64,000 nucleotides of DNA from Colwellia sp. (GCF_013215345.1 NZ_JABSOV010000010.1:1564-65563), one strand, 5' to 3'; shown: positions 28,250 to 40,974, counted from the first letter of the stretch. Numbers and translations: made by a program. Notes: generated from the letters alone by a model not told the origin.

Positions 28250-29929
28250 ATGAAAAAATTAACGCTCACACAAACCATTATGTTGATTGCCATTGTTATG
28301 TTTTCTTTGCAATTAATTTATGGTGCTATTAACAGTACTCGTGTTATGAAAATGGGCCATCATATTTCAACTATTGAAACCCAGTATATGCCAATCACTG
28401 AGCATATTACGTTGATCACAGAATACCAACTTGAACAAGAAATAGAATTTGAACGGGCTTTTCGATATGCCCTTGAAATGAAAGATAATGATGCTGCGAC
28501 TGACCATTTTATGCATGCAGTAAAAAAATTCAAATTACTTACGATAAAATTCAATAAAGAAATAAAATCAACAGAAAAAAGAATTTTATCTGCTGCTGAA
28601 AAGATGGAAAATAAGGAAAATAAGGAAAATAAAACCAAATTATTTACATTAGAGCATAACTTAGAAATCATTGAAAAACAGCATGAAAAATGGGACTTAC
28701 ATGTTGTAGAAGTACTAGATTTACTTAAGGTAAATCAATTTACTGTCGCTATTAAAAAAGCAACAAAGGTTGAAGAAGAAGCACTAATACTTGAAAAAAA
28801 TGTCACTCAGATTTTAAGTTCAATTGAACATCTTACCGAGGAAGTATTACATAATCTTAAACGGGAAGAGGAAAGCATTTTAAATATTGGCATCGTTTTA
28901 TTAATTATTTCTTTAGTCATAGCGGTTATTATCACTCGATGGGTAATTAATCAGCTTAATGCAGATTTGTCTGCACTAAAAGAAGAAATTTCTCGCATTT
29001 CAAAGGGGGATTTAGTGACTAAAGTATCCTCAAAACTAGGGACAGAATTTGGGCTAAATACGATGAGGCAACATTTAAATGAAACCTTATTGATTGTAGA
29101 AAACACTTCAAACGAAGTACTTGGAGCCAGTGATGAACTCGCAAAAGCTAGTGCCGAAGTCAATCAAAATTCAAAGTTGCAAGCCCAAGAGTTTGAGTTG
29201 ATTTCAACAGCAATGACACAGATGGAATCAACTTCATTAGAAGTGGCTCGTCATGCTGAAAGCACTCAGAATTTTACAAAAGAGGCAACGAGTACAACAT
29301 ATAAAACAAAAGAAAGCACAAATGATGCAATGACATCAATATTAAAACTAACAGAGAGTCTTAAGCAGAGTAGTGATAATATTTCTGAATTAGCAAAAAG
29401 CAGTGAAAATATAACTTCAGTACTAGGTGTGATTAAAGGAATTGCCGATCAAACAAACTTACTTGCATTAAATGCCGCTATTGAAGCAGCACGAGCAGGA
29501 GAGCAAGGAAGAGGTTTTGCCGTTGTCGCTGATGAAGTCAGAAATCTAGCTAAGCGTACACAAGACTCCACCGTTGAAATTGAAAGCATGATTGAATTAT
29601 TTTCTCAAGGGACTGCTAACGCGGTAAATTCAATGATGGATTGTTTGACCCATGGAAAAGCAAGTGATCTGGCAGCAAACGAGTCTAATAATAAACTTGA
29701 TGAAATTCAAACGGCGATTGAAGAAATCAATGATATGAATAGTCACATTGCTACTGCGGCTGAAGAGCAGTCTTGTACCTCCCAGGAAATATCAAAAAAT
29801 ACGGTTAAAGCTAGCCAGTTGACAAGTGATAATGCTACTTCAATTGCCCGAATATCAGCAGCATCAGAAGAGCTAGCGCAAATATCATTGGTATTACAAG
29901 AGAGTCTATCAGGTTTTTCTCTTAATTAG
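28250..29929 (+). CDS. Methyl-accepting chemotaxis protein
   Basis: Two TMs flanking a periplasmic helical sensor; [34 protein letters not shown]. Confidence 0.96.
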   Translation: MKKLTLTQTIMLIAIVMFSLQLIYGAINSTRVMKMGHHISTIETQYMPITEHITLITEYQLEQEIEFERAFRYALEMKDNDAATDHFMHAVKKFKLLTIKFNKEIKSTEKRILSAAEKMENKENKENKTKLFTLEHNLEIIEKQHEKWDLHVVEVLDLLKVNQFTVAIKKATKVEEEALILEKNVTQILSSIEHLTEEVLHNLKREEESILNIGIVLLIISLVIAVIITRWVINQLNADLSALKEEISRISKGDLVTKVSSKLGTEFGLNTMRQHLNETLLIVENTSNEVLGASDELAKASAEVNQNSKLQAQEFELISTAMTQMESTSLEVARHAESTQNFTKEATSTTYKTKESTNDAMTSILKLTESLKQSSDNISELAKSSENITSVLGVIKGIADQTNLLALNAAIEAARAGEQGRGFAVVADEVRNLAKRTQDSTVEIESMIELFSQGTANAVNSMMDCLTHGKASDLAANESNNKLDEIQTAIEEINDMNSHIATAAEEQSCTSQEISKNTVKASQLTSDNATSIARISAASEELAQISLVLQESLSGFSLN

Positions 29930-30249
29930 CGCATAAATGATACACCTGCTCATGAAGCTCTCGTTAATACATTTACTCATGCTGAATAGCGTTATGTAAA
30001 AGTCTGGAGGTAAATATTTAAAACTTGCCCAGCTCGCTGAATTTCTTGGTAGAGATGCAGATACACTTAGAAATAATTATTTAAGTCCTATGTTAAAACG
30101 CCAACAATTAGAATTAGCTTTACCAACAAAACCAAGCCATCCGAACAGGGTTATAAAGTTAAATAAAATTAGAAGCTGCACATTAGTTGCACAAATATTG
30201 TAAAGTTTGAACAACTGAGTATAAATACAATTAAAATAGCAGATTTTTC

Positions 30250-30286
30250 TTGTCAAGTCGGGCTTAAATACAATATACTCCACGCG
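30250..30286 (+). promoter_or_regulatory. Sigma70 stable-RNA promoter for tRNA-His
   Basis: TTGTCA-18 bp-TATACT followed by the GC-rich discriminator CCACGCG. Confidence 0.65.
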
Positions 30287-30318
30287 TCTCAGAAAGAGGC
30301 ACTTTAAGTCTGTTCAGT

Positions 30319-30395
30319 GGTGGCTATAGCTCAGTTGGTAGAGCCCCGGATTGTGATTCCGGTTGTCGAGGGTTCAAGTCCCTTTAGCCACCCCA
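30319..30395 (+). tRNA. hisR: tRNA-His (GUG), including G-1 and encoded CCA
   Basis: GGTGGCTATAGCTCAGTTGGTAGAGCCCCGGATTGTGATTCCGGTTGTCGAGGGTTCAAGTCCCTTTAGCCACCCCA, 77 nt. Confidence 0.98.
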
Positions 30396-30900
30396 TTCTT
30401 TTCTTCCTTTGTAAAACTTATACTCTAAACAATCACGAGTGATTCCATTTTCGATTTACCGTGAATTCAAGTCCCTTTAGACAGCCCATCTTTTACTATT
30501 CCCATAAAACATTTAGAACTAGAAAGAATCACCAATGATTCCGTTATTCACTTACCGTGGATTCAAGTTCCTTTAGCCACCCCATCTTTTCTTCCTGTTT
30601 TAAACTTATACTCTAGACAATCACGAGTGATTCCATTATCGCTTTACCGTGGATTGAAGTCTTATTAGCCACGCCATTTTTTATCTCTATTTCAAATATA
30701 TTCCTGCTTAATTAAATCACGGGTGATTCCACTATTACTCTGCCGTGGATTGAATTTCCTTTAGCTACGCCCATTCTTTTATTATTCTCGTAAAACATTT
30801 AGAACTCGAAAAAATCACCAATAATGCCATTATTCATTTCCGTAGATTCAAGCTCCTTTAACTAGCCAGCCTTTTATATTCTTTGAAAAGCTCTAAACAA
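30396..30900 (+). repeat. Degenerate tandem array (period 92-97 bp), each unit carrying a tRNA-His 3'-end copy
   Basis: TT(C/G)AA(G/T) anchors at 30373 (tRNA), 30466, 30562, 30654, 30750, 30847; recurrent AATCAC-NN-(G/A)TGATTCC...TTACCGTGGA. Confidence 0.92.
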
Positions 30901-31116
30901 TCCAGTATCTCAAATAGCATACTGATTTTCGTCTACTGTTAACTTAACTCAATTGTTCATACTCTAGTTCTAGGTACTGCCAATAACGAGCAATCTAACT
31001 CGCATTTTGCAAAATAAAAAGCACTCTTCCACACTGTAAGCTATATGCAAATCCATAGATTAAAAATATAGAGCAAATCACGATGTAGATCATAAAATTA
31101 AGCGCTGTTAGTTAAA

Positions 31117-31133
31117 CTGGAACGTCACTTGCA
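31117..31133 (+). promoter_or_regulatory. Putative sigma54 -24/-12 promoter upstream of the sensor kinase
   Basis: CTGGAACGTCACTTGCA, GG-N10-GC with good flanks. Confidence 0.55.
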
Positions 31134-31288
31134 TTATTTTTTGGCAATTACTGCCAATTCCCGTAGACACTCAAGTCGGCGGAGAAAATGAAGCCATAAA
31201 GAGGATTTTAGCTCGGTATGCAAGTGCATAAAACAGCAGTTGAGTAATCTGCATGGGTAGTATTATCAGTCTTGTTCGAGGTATTACT

Positions 31289-33067
<1,779 letters not shown>

Positions 33068-33174
33068 CACTACTTCGCCAGTTATACTGGCATATACGGC
33101 TAAAAAAACCAATGTTACTTGGCTTCATTTGCATTGATATGACTGAAAGTATTCTGTGGTCTCAGCTAGTGTTT

Positions 33175-33226
33175 GATTGATTCCTTTGCTTCGTTTCTTT
33201 GGGTTTAAGCCCCTTTAGTCACGCCA
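33175..33226 (+). repeat. Distal copy of the tRNA-His 3'-end repeat unit (attR-like)
   Basis: 33201-33226 is 22/26 identical to 30370-30395 and is preceded by TTGATTCC at the same spacing as in the array. Confidence 0.8.
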
Positions 33227-33287
33227 ACCTTTTAAGTTTATTCCCCCCTAAAATTCTTAGTTGAAATACACTAGCTTAAAATCAAAC

Positions 33288-34196
33288 TCAGCTTGTTTGA
33301 TTATATCGAGCAATATTATTACGAACAAAATCAATGAAGGCTTTTAATCGTGCCGGCTGATATTTATCTTGTACATAAACCAGATAAAAAGGTGACTTGG
33401 CTACAGCCCAGTCGGTAAAAACGGAGGTGAGTGTGCCATTGGCGATTTCTTGCTGACAATATAAGTAAGGCAAACGTACTATGCCGTTACCCGCTAGCGC
33501 GCTGTTTATCATGGCACGACCATTTTTGCATTTGAACGATCCATCGACGCTAACATCAATATTTTTACTAGCTGTTTTAACATTGATAAAGGACCAGTTA
33601 TTTAATGAGCCGGTAATACACTGATGCTGCTTTAGCTCTTTTGGATGTGATAATTGACCATTCTTTTGTAAATAGCCAGGACTCGCTAAAGTACAGATTG
33701 AGATATCCATTAACTTTTGGGCAATCAAGTTTGAATCTTCTAACTGCCCCATACGAAAGACAATATCAAACTCACCAGCAATCAAGTCTACACGTCGACT
33801 ACTAAAATCAAGATTAACCTTAACGTCTGGGTATTGCTGAATAAAATCACTCACTAAAGGGGCAATTATATCTTCGCCGATATAACCGCCCACACAGTTA
33901 ATGTTTATGAAGCCTTTCACAGTACCTGCATCATTTATCGCTTGCTCAATAGCATAATCAACCCCATCAAACGAGCGGCTGCATTGTTCAAAGAAAAGCT
34001 TTCCCTGTTCTGTCAAACACTGTGTACGCGTGGTACGTATGATCAGCTTCACCGCAAGCGCAGATTCTAGTTGCGATAATTGCTTAGACAAATGTGAGCG
34101 TGAACATAAAATCTGCTCAGCCGCGGCAGTGAAGCTGCCTGCTTTAACAATTAAGACAAAAGCACGGATATCAGCAATATTTATATCGTCATTCAT
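33288..34196 (-). CDS. LysR-family transcriptional regulator
   Basis: N-terminal HTH (GSFTAAAE...SHLSKQLSQLE), divergent from the SDR gene. Confidence 0.92.
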   Translation of the reverse strand: MNDDINIADIRAFVLIVKAGSFTAAAEQILCSRSHLSKQLSQLESALAVKLIIRTTRTQCLTEQGKLFFEQCSRSFDGVDYAIEQAINDAGTVKGFININCVGGYIGEDIIAPLVSDFIQQYPDVKVNLDFSSRRVDLIAGEFDIVFRMGQLEDSNLIAQKLMDISICTLASPGYLQKNGQLSHPKELKQHQCITGSLNNWSFINVKTASKNIDVSVDGSFKCKNGRAMINSALAGNGIVRLPYLYCQQEIANGTLTSVFTDWAVAKSPFYLVYVQDKYQPARLKAFIDFVRNNIARYNQTS

Positions 34197-34370
34197 AACA
34201 GCTCAAATTCAGTTGATTGGTCATAGCACTATATTATCAAAACCATTATTAGATCGCATCTGTAAACAATGATGTAACTAATACACCATATATCAACAAT
34301 TTCTTATTGCATAGAATAGCTGTATCACAAATAAGTAGTATTTAAGATTAACCAAATAAGTAGAGACATT

Positions 34371-35090
34371 ATGAAAAAATTAGTTGTTATCACTGGTGCA
34401 AGTTCAGGTATCGGCCAAGCAGTTGCCAAACATTTTAGCGATCAGGAACACCCATTATTATTGATTGCCCGTCGGGTAGAGAACTTAGTAGCACTGGAGT
34501 TACCAAATACATTATGTGAACAAGTTGATGTAACCAATAAAGTCACATTTGATGCTGCTGTAGCAAAAGCAGAAGCACTTTATGGTCCAACAGATTGCCT
34601 GATAAATAATGCTGGCGTTATGTTATTAGGACAAGTTGATAGTCAGGATGCCAATGAATGGAAAAACATGTTTGATGTCAATGTCATCGGTTTATTAAAT
34701 GGTATGCAGACTGTTTTATCACCGATGAAAGCGCGTAACACTGGCACAATTATTAATATCAGCTCTATTGCTGGCAGAAAAACCTTCGCTAACCATGCCG
34801 CATACACAGGCACTAAATTTGCTGTACATGCCATTTCAGAAAATGTTCGCGAAGAAGTCGCTGATAGCAATGTCCGTGTTATTACCATCGCCCCTGGCGC
34901 AGTAGAAACCGAGTTGTTGTCACATACAACCAGTGATGAAATCAAGGACGGTTATCAATCATGGAAAGAAAGCATGGGCGGCGCAATACAGCCTGAAGAT
35001 ATCGCTAATACGATCATGTTCGCCTACAGCCAACCACAAAATGTTTGTATTCGAGAAATAGTCATCGCAGCCACCAGACAGCAAGCTTAG
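34371..35090 (+). CDS. Short-chain dehydrogenase/reductase
   Basis: TGASSGIG, NNAG, YTGTK (YxxxK). Confidence 0.93.
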   Translation: MKKLVVITGASSGIGQAVAKHFSDQEHPLLLIARRVENLVALELPNTLCEQVDVTNKVTFDAAVAKAEALYGPTDCLINNAGVMLLGQVDSQDANEWKNMFDVNVIGLLNGMQTVLSPMKARNTGTIINISSIAGRKTFANHAAYTGTKFAVHAISENVREEVADSNVRVITIAPGAVETELLSHTTSDEIKDGYQSWKESMGGAIQPEDIANTIMFAYSQPQNVCIREIVIAATRQQA

Positions 35091-35134
35091 AAATACCTGA
35101 TTGCCATCAACAGATGATTGTTGAACTTAAAATA

Positions 35135-35163
35135 AGAGTGGTTAAATTCTATTTAGCCACTCT
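35135..35163. terminator. Hairpin/terminator after the SDR gene
   Basis: AGAGTGG...CCACTCT inverted repeat. Confidence 0.55.
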
Positions 35164-35442
35164 GATATTTATAGCCTACTGGCCATAACCTCTTATTAAT
35201 GCAACTAAGCACTCGGTAACATTCTAAATTATTTCAATCCCTCAAGGGCTTTATTGATTCCTTTTAGATAAGCTATTATCATCGGGAGTTATTGGACAAG
35301 AGCTTTTCATATCCTTATGACTAATGAAAAATAATAAAAACAAAAATAAGACTCGCCAATAACGTTACTGACTGGTTTTGCCAGGCTTAGCAATAACAAC
35401 ACTAACAAAAATAATTTTAGTTATTTAAAAAAGGAATATAAT

Positions 35443-35970
35443 ATGAAATCTCTTAAGAACATCGCCTTAAAAACAGTACTAGCCGCTACTCTGGCACTTT
35501 CAGCAACGCAAGCAAGCGCTGACGGCTTCTATATCGGCGCAGGTATTTATAGCCCTGAAGTTGATTATGCTACGGTAACTGATAGTGATACGACGCCAGC
35601 ATTTTTTCTAGGTTACCAGTTTATTGATACCAGCATTTTTATGTTCTCTGCAGAAGTTGGCTATTATGATCTAGGTAGTGTCAGCAGTAACGGCACTAAA
35701 ATTGATTCCGATGCATTAAGCATATCTGCTGTAGCTTACTTACCTATCGGCCCTATCTTTGAAGTTTATGCCAAAGCCGGTGTTGCGCAAACAAATGTTG
35801 ATGTATCTTTTGAAGGGACGAAAACTGATTTCGGTGGTACTGATGGCTTTGGTGGTATCGGTGCATCCCTTGATATTCTTGATACGGTGGATATCTATGT
35901 CGAGTATTTAGTTTTTGATACCGAAGTTAAAACTGAATCTATCGGTGTCGGTGTTCGTTTCGACTTCTAG
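35443..35970 (+). CDS. Small outer-membrane beta-barrel (OmpA-like TM domain)
   Basis: Signal peptide, DGFYIGAG, alternating beta pattern, terminal F. Confidence 0.85.
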   Translation: MKSLKNIALKTVLAATLALSATQASADGFYIGAGIYSPEVDYATVTDSDTTPAFFLGYQFIDTSIFMFSAEVGYYDLGSVSSNGTKIDSDALSISAVAYLPIGPIFEVYAKAGVAQTNVDVSFEGTKTDFGGTDGFGGIGASLDILDTVDIYVEYLVFDTEVKTESIGVGVRFDF

Positions 35971-36299
35971 GTTTATGCTTAGCTAGGTGTTTAAGCAGAA
36001 CTCATACCTGTACAACACCTGTAAAATATAAAAATTGAAGTGGCCAATAGTTCTCGGCCACTCCCCCCTCTATTCTTCATTCTCCATGCCTGCAACACAA
36101 GCCCGCCTAATAGATGCTCATCCATAGTTGCCTCCCCCTAACATCACCAAGCAAGCCATAAAATCATTAACTAATCGTTACCTTTTCCACCATAGATAAT
36201 ATTTATGCTGTTTTAATAAGCGTTTTTCTATAGCTATCTAACTGATAAAGCGTTAATTTAGTTATCTGGTACGATCAGTAACTTTATCTAAAGGATTAA

Positions 36300-37919
36300 A
36301 TGATGAACAGCACACAGGCTAAATTTGATTATATTATTGTTGGCGCTGGCTCCGCGGGTTGTGTGCTTGCGGCGCGCTTGTCTGAGGATGAAAATAACTC
36401 AGTCTGTCTTTTAGAAGCGGGCGGTCCTGATAAAAGTATCTTTATTAAAGCACCTATCGGTTTGGCGGCCATGTTACCCACCAAACTTCATAATTGGGCT
36501 TTTAAAACTATTCCTCAAAACGGATTAAATGGCAGAAAAGGTTATCAGCCAAGAGGAAAAACCTTAGGTGGTAGCTCGTCCACTAATGCCATGTTATATG
36601 TACGTGGCAATAAATGGGATTACGATAATTGGGCTGCACTTGGCAATGACGGCTGGAGCTATAAAGACATACTGCCTTACTTTAAAAAGTCAGAGGGTAA
36701 TGAAGCATTTAAAGATGAATACCATAACGAAAGAGGACCATTAGGTGTTTCTAATGCCACAGCTGCCAGTGACCTTAATCAGATGTTTATCGATTCATGT
36801 GTCCAGCAAGGTATTAAATATACCAATGATTGTAATGGCGCAGAGCAAGCAGGTGCTTTTTACTATCAACGTACCATTAAAAATGGTGAGCGCTGTAGTG
36901 CTGCCAAGGCTTATTTAACCCCTAATACCAAACGAAAAAATTTAACCATTATTACCCATGCATTAACTGAAAAAGTACTGTTTGAAGGAAAAAAAGCCGT
37001 AGGTGTACGCTACAAAAAAAATAATAACTCCATTGATATCACCTGCAATAAAGAAGTGATATTGAGCAGCGGCGCTTTTGGCTCACCACAAATTTTGATG
37101 TTATCAGGTGTTGGGTCTAGTGAACATTTAACAGATAAAGCCATTACACCTGTGCATGATCTACCTGGTGTTGGCCAAAACTTACAAGACCATATTGATT
37201 ATATACAAACCTTTAAAGTCGATAGTAAACACGATACGTTTGGCTATTCGGTTAAAGGTAGCTTTCGCATACTTAAGTCGATGTTTGAATGGCACAAACA
37301 TCGCACCGGCAAAGTGACCAGCACCTTCGCTGAGTCGGGCGCTTTTTTTAGTACTCAAGCAAACTTAGTTGCCCCCGATGCCCAGTTGATATTTGTGCCT
37401 GCTATTGCTGATAATCATGCCAGAACAGTAAACTTTGGTCATGGTTATAGTTGCCATATAACCTTGCTACGTCCTGAAAGTATTGGCGAAGTAAAACTTA
37501 ATAGTAATAAGCCTGAAGATTCATTGGCAATCGATCCTAAATTTTTCAATCATGTAAATGACATGAAAATAATTAAGCGTGCAGCTAAAAAAATGCAAAA
37601 TATTCTTGAGGGAGCACCTTTTTCGCCTATTCGCAAAGACATGCTTTATAGGGTTGAAAATGGTAATGACGAACAACTAGAACAAGATATCCGTAATAGA
37701 GCAGATACCCAATATCACCCCTGTGGTACTTGTAAAATGGGGCCTGCAACTGATGGAATGGCTGTGGTCGACCCACAACTAAGAGTTCACGGCATGGAAA
37801 ATTTAAGAGTGGTTGATGCCTCAATCATGCCTAAGATTATCAGTGGCAATACCAACGCCCCTACCATTATGATTGGTGAAAAAGCAGCGGATATGATTTT
37901 AGCAAAGCAACCTCTATAG
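36300..37919 (+). CDS. GMC oxidoreductase (alcohol/choline dehydrogenase family)
   Basis: GAGSAG, GKTLGGSSSTNAM, GQNLQDH, YHPCGTC, GNTNAP. Confidence 0.93.
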   Translation: MMNSTQAKFDYIIVGAGSAGCVLAARLSEDENNSVCLLEAGGPDKSIFIKAPIGLAAMLPTKLHNWAFKTIPQNGLNGRKGYQPRGKTLGGSSSTNAMLYVRGNKWDYDNWAALGNDGWSYKDILPYFKKSEGNEAFKDEYHNERGPLGVSNATAASDLNQMFIDSCVQQGIKYTNDCNGAEQAGAFYYQRTIKNGERCSAAKAYLTPNTKRKNLTIITHALTEKVLFEGKKAVGVRYKKNNNSIDITCNKEVILSSGAFGSPQILMLSGVGSSEHLTDKAITPVHDLPGVGQNLQDHIDYIQTFKVDSKHDTFGYSVKGSFRILKSMFEWHKHRTGKVTSTFAESGAFFSTQANLVAPDAQLIFVPAIADNHARTVNFGHGYSCHITLLRPESIGEVKLNSNKPEDSLAIDPKFFNHVNDMKIIKRAAKKMQNILEGAPFSPIRKDMLYRVENGNDEQLEQDIRNRADTQYHPCGTCKMGPATDGMAVVDPQLRVHGMENLRVVDASIMPKIISGNTNAPTIMIGEKAADMILAKQPL

Positions 37920-37935
37920 CCAAATCGTTCAGCCA

Positions 37936-38862
37936 TTATAACGAAAAGTCATCCCAATACGGTTTATCGCCAAAACGCTGAGCAATAAAATCAATTAGTG
38001 CTCGGCAACGCGCCGATAAAAAACGTGTTTGTGGATATACCGCATAAGCATGCAATGCTGGTAACTTAAAATCATTCATCAAGGTGACTAATTGACCAGT
38101 TTGTATCGCTTGGTATGAAATAAAGTTAGGCAAGTAGCAAAGTCCTTTGCCTTTAATGGCCATTTCCTTTAAAAAATCACCATTGTTAGCTTTCATAATA
38201 ACGTTAAGGTGTACCGTATGAGCGACGCCTTTGTTATCAGTTAGCTCAACCTTACCTTGAGCGGTATGACTTGCACCGATATTTCCATATTGTAAATAGT
38301 TATGGTTACTAAGCTCTGCTAAGGTTTCAATACTGCCGTGTTTTTCAAGATACTCTGGGCTGGCACATAATTCATGGCGAATAGTGGTTAGCCGCTTAGC
38401 TTGTAAGTTCGAATCTTTGAGCTCAGCAATACGTATTGCCAACTCATAACCTTCTGCTAATAAATCAATATGACGGTCAACGAAGTCTATTTGTAAATTT
38501 AGCTCAGGGTGCAATTGCGAGAACTCATCTATTACCGGCGTTAAATGCAATAAGCCAAACGATAACGGCATGGTGATTTTTAACGTACCGGATAATGACG
38601 TTTTCACCCCATGAGTTTGTGCATTGAGCTCAGCCACCTCATCAATAATAGTTATCGCTCGCTGATAATATAACGAGCCGGCTTCGGTCAGCGCTGATTT
38701 ACGTGTCGTTCTCGACAGTAATTGTGTACCCAGCCTATTTTCTAATTCTTTTAAGCGTTTACTCACCGCAGATTTTGCCATATTCAGCTGAACCGCGGCT
38801 TTGCCTATACCGCCTGCATCAACAATACGCACCAGCAACGCCATATCTTCTAACTGTCCCAT
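37936..38862 (-). CDS. LysR-family regulator divergent from pirin
   Basis: HTH SAVSKRLKELENRLG, RTTR. Confidence 0.92.
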   Translation of the reverse strand: MGQLEDMALLVRIVDAGGIGKAAVQLNMAKSAVSKRLKELENRLGTQLLSRTTRKSALTEAGSLYYQRAITIIDEVAELNAQTHGVKTSLSGTLKITMPLSFGLLHLTPVIDEFSQLHPELNLQIDFVDRHIDLLAEGYELAIRIAELKDSNLQAKRLTTIRHELCASPEYLEKHGSIETLAELSNHNYLQYGNIGASHTAQGKVELTDNKGVAHTVHLNVIMKANNGDFLKEMAIKGKGLCYLPNFISYQAIQTGQLVTLMNDFKLPALHAYAVYPQTRFLSARCRALIDFIAQRFGDKPYWDDFSL

Positions 38863-38981
38863 AACCTACTCACGTTAGCTATTGTTCACTTTTAGAGAAC
38901 TATCTTTTATAAATATCACTGTTTATTGAAATTTAGTCAACAAGTAAACTTAGCTTATTGATTACTTAACGACCAAGTAAA

Positions 38982-39839
38982 ATGGAGTTACAGATGAAAG
39001 CTAGAACACTTATTAAAACCTTTTCCGGTATTGATACCGCTGACGGCGATGGCGTTAAACTTACCCGCATTATTGGGTCGCCACAGCTAAACATGCTTGA
39101 CCCGTTTTTATTGCTCGACTGCTTTGCCAGTGACCAAGCACAAGATTACATTGGCGGGTTCCCTGAGCATCCTCATCGCGGCTTTGAAACGGTGACTTAT
39201 TTACTCAACGGAAAAATGCGTCATAAAGATAATGCTGGTAATGAAGGTATTATTGAACCGGGCGGTGTGCAATGGATGACGGCAGGTCGCGGTATATTGC
39301 ACTCTGAAATGCCTGAGCAAGAAGACGGTTTACTGCAAGGTTTTCAATTGTGGGTCAACCTACCACGCTCAGCAAAAATGACGGCGCCGCGTTATCAAGA
39401 ATATGCGCCTGACACTATCGCCGTTGAACACTTAGCGGGGGGCGGAAGTATTAAAGTCATTGCCGGTAAAACCGACCTCGGAACTATCGGTCCAGTAATA
39501 AACGATTACGTTTTTCCAACCTATATGGATATTAGTTTGCCTGCTGGCAGCAGCTTTAGCCAAACCATAACTCATGGTCATAACGCTTTTATTTACTTGC
39601 TTGAAGGTGAAATAGTTATTAGTGCTGACAATGAGCAACAAACCCTGCCCGCCAAAAATTTAGGCATCCTCAGTGATGGCGAGCAAGTTAGTGTAACGGC
39701 TGGTGAGCAAGACAGTCGATTTTTATTAATCGCCGGTAAACCTTTAAACGAGCCTGTCGCCCGTGGTGGTCCTTTTGTGATGAATACTGAGGCTGAAATA
39801 CAACAAGCCTTTGTAGATTATCAGCGCGGGTTATTTTAA
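38982..39839 (+). CDS. Pirin-family protein
   Basis: DPFLLLD, HPHRGFETVTY, HSEMP, QLWVNLP, GGPFVMN. Confidence 0.93.
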   Translation: MELQMKARTLIKTFSGIDTADGDGVKLTRIIGSPQLNMLDPFLLLDCFASDQAQDYIGGFPEHPHRGFETVTYLLNGKMRHKDNAGNEGIIEPGGVQWMTAGRGILHSEMPEQEDGLLQGFQLWVNLPRSAKMTAPRYQEYAPDTIAVEHLAGGGSIKVIAGKTDLGTIGPVINDYVFPTYMDISLPAGSSFSQTITHGHNAFIYLLEGEIVISADNEQQTLPAKNLGILSDGEQVSVTAGEQDSRFLLIAGKPLNEPVARGGPFVMNTEAEIQQAFVDYQRGLF

Positions 39840-39924
39840 TTAAATCATTTCACGCTAAACAAGCAGAACAATTTTTAAGACCTTATTTAAGGCAATATTT
39901 CACAATAATATTTGGAGTAAGAAC

Positions 39925-40941
39925 ATGGGATTATTAGTAGACGGTAAATGGCAAAATCAATGGTACGATACTAAATCATCGGGCGGCCGTTTTGAGCGTA
40001 AAGCCCCCAGTTTTCGTAATTGGATAACCGCGGACGGTAGTGCTGGTCCATCTGGCGTTGGTGGCTTTAAAGCCGAAGCCAATCGCTATCACCTTTATGT
40101 ATCACTGGCATGTCCTTGGGCACATCGCACCATCATTTATCGTAAGCTCAAAGGATTAGAAGAAATGATTTCAATGTCGGTGGTAAATGCTTTTATGGGT
40201 GATGAAGGCTGGACTTTTGCACCGGGTGAAGGCGTTATTGCCGACCCTATATTAAATGCTACTAACGTCCATGAAATTTATACTGCGGCGCAAGCAGATT
40301 ATACCGGCCGAGTGACTGTACCTATATTGTGGGATAAAAAAACCAACACTATAGTGAGTAACGAATCGCCGGAAATCATTCGCATGTTTAACTCTGCCTT
40401 TGATCAAATAGGTGCACTGCCAGGTGACTTTTCACCGCCAGAATTATTGGCTGAAATTGATGAGCTGAATGACTTTATTTACCCAACCATTAATAACGGC
40501 GTTTATCGGGCTGGTTTTGCCACCACCCAAGAAGCTTATGACGAAGCTGTAGTAGAAGTATTTGACGCCCTCGATACCATAGAAGCACGCTTAGCTAAAC
40601 GTCGTTACCTAACCGGTAACACCATTACCGAAGCAGATTGGCGCTTATTCACCACCTTAGTAAGGTTTGATGCCGTTTATGTTGGTCACTTTAAATGTAA
40701 CTTACGCCGCATTGTTGATTACCCAAACATTTGGGGCTATTTACGCGACTTATACCAAGTAGAAGGTATCGCTGACACAGTAGCTATGGACTACATCAAA
40801 GCGCATTACTACGGTAGCCACGAAACCATTAACCCAACACGAGTAATTCCTGCAGGACCAGTAATCGATTTTACTAGTGCCCATCATAGAGAGAAGTTAA
40901 CCAATGTTGTAGAGAATAGCGCTGTTACATCAAGTATTTAA
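39925..40941 (+). CDS. yqjG: Glutathionyl-hydroquinone reductase (YqjG-like GST)
   Basis: MGLLVDGKW, ACPWAHR, TVPILWD, NNGVYRAGF, RFDAVY. Confidence 0.92.
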   Translation: MGLLVDGKWQNQWYDTKSSGGRFERKAPSFRNWITADGSAGPSGVGGFKAEANRYHLYVSLACPWAHRTIIYRKLKGLEEMISMSVVNAFMGDEGWTFAPGEGVIADPILNATNVHEIYTAAQADYTGRVTVPILWDKKTNTIVSNESPEIIRMFNSAFDQIGALPGDFSPPELLAEIDELNDFIYPTINNGVYRAGFATTQEAYDEAVVEVFDALDTIEARLAKRRYLTGNTITEADWRLFTTLVRFDAVYVGHFKCNLRRIVDYPNIWGYLRDLYQVEGIADTVAMDYIKAHYYGSHETINPTRVIPAGPVIDFTSAHHREKLTNVVENSAVTSSI

Positions 40942-40951
40942 ACTTTAATCT

Positions 40952-40974
40952 CAAGCCTTTACGGTAAAGGCTTG
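40952..40974. terminator. Hairpin between convergent yqjG and GNAT genes
   Basis: CAAGCCTTTA-CGG-TAAAGGCTTG. Confidence 0.65.

Noticed and set aside
30077-30283. 68-aa minus ORF upstream of tRNA-His
   Set aside because: Overlaps the tRNA promoter and AT-rich upstream region; no coding signal.
30396-30900. CRISPR array interpretation of the repeat/variable pattern
   Set aside because: Repeats are degenerate and tRNA-derived, the variable parts are copies of one another, and no cas genes are in the window.
30396-30900. Additional functional tRNA genes in the array
   Set aside because: Units lack the acceptor 5' strand and D-arm; only 3' elements are retained.
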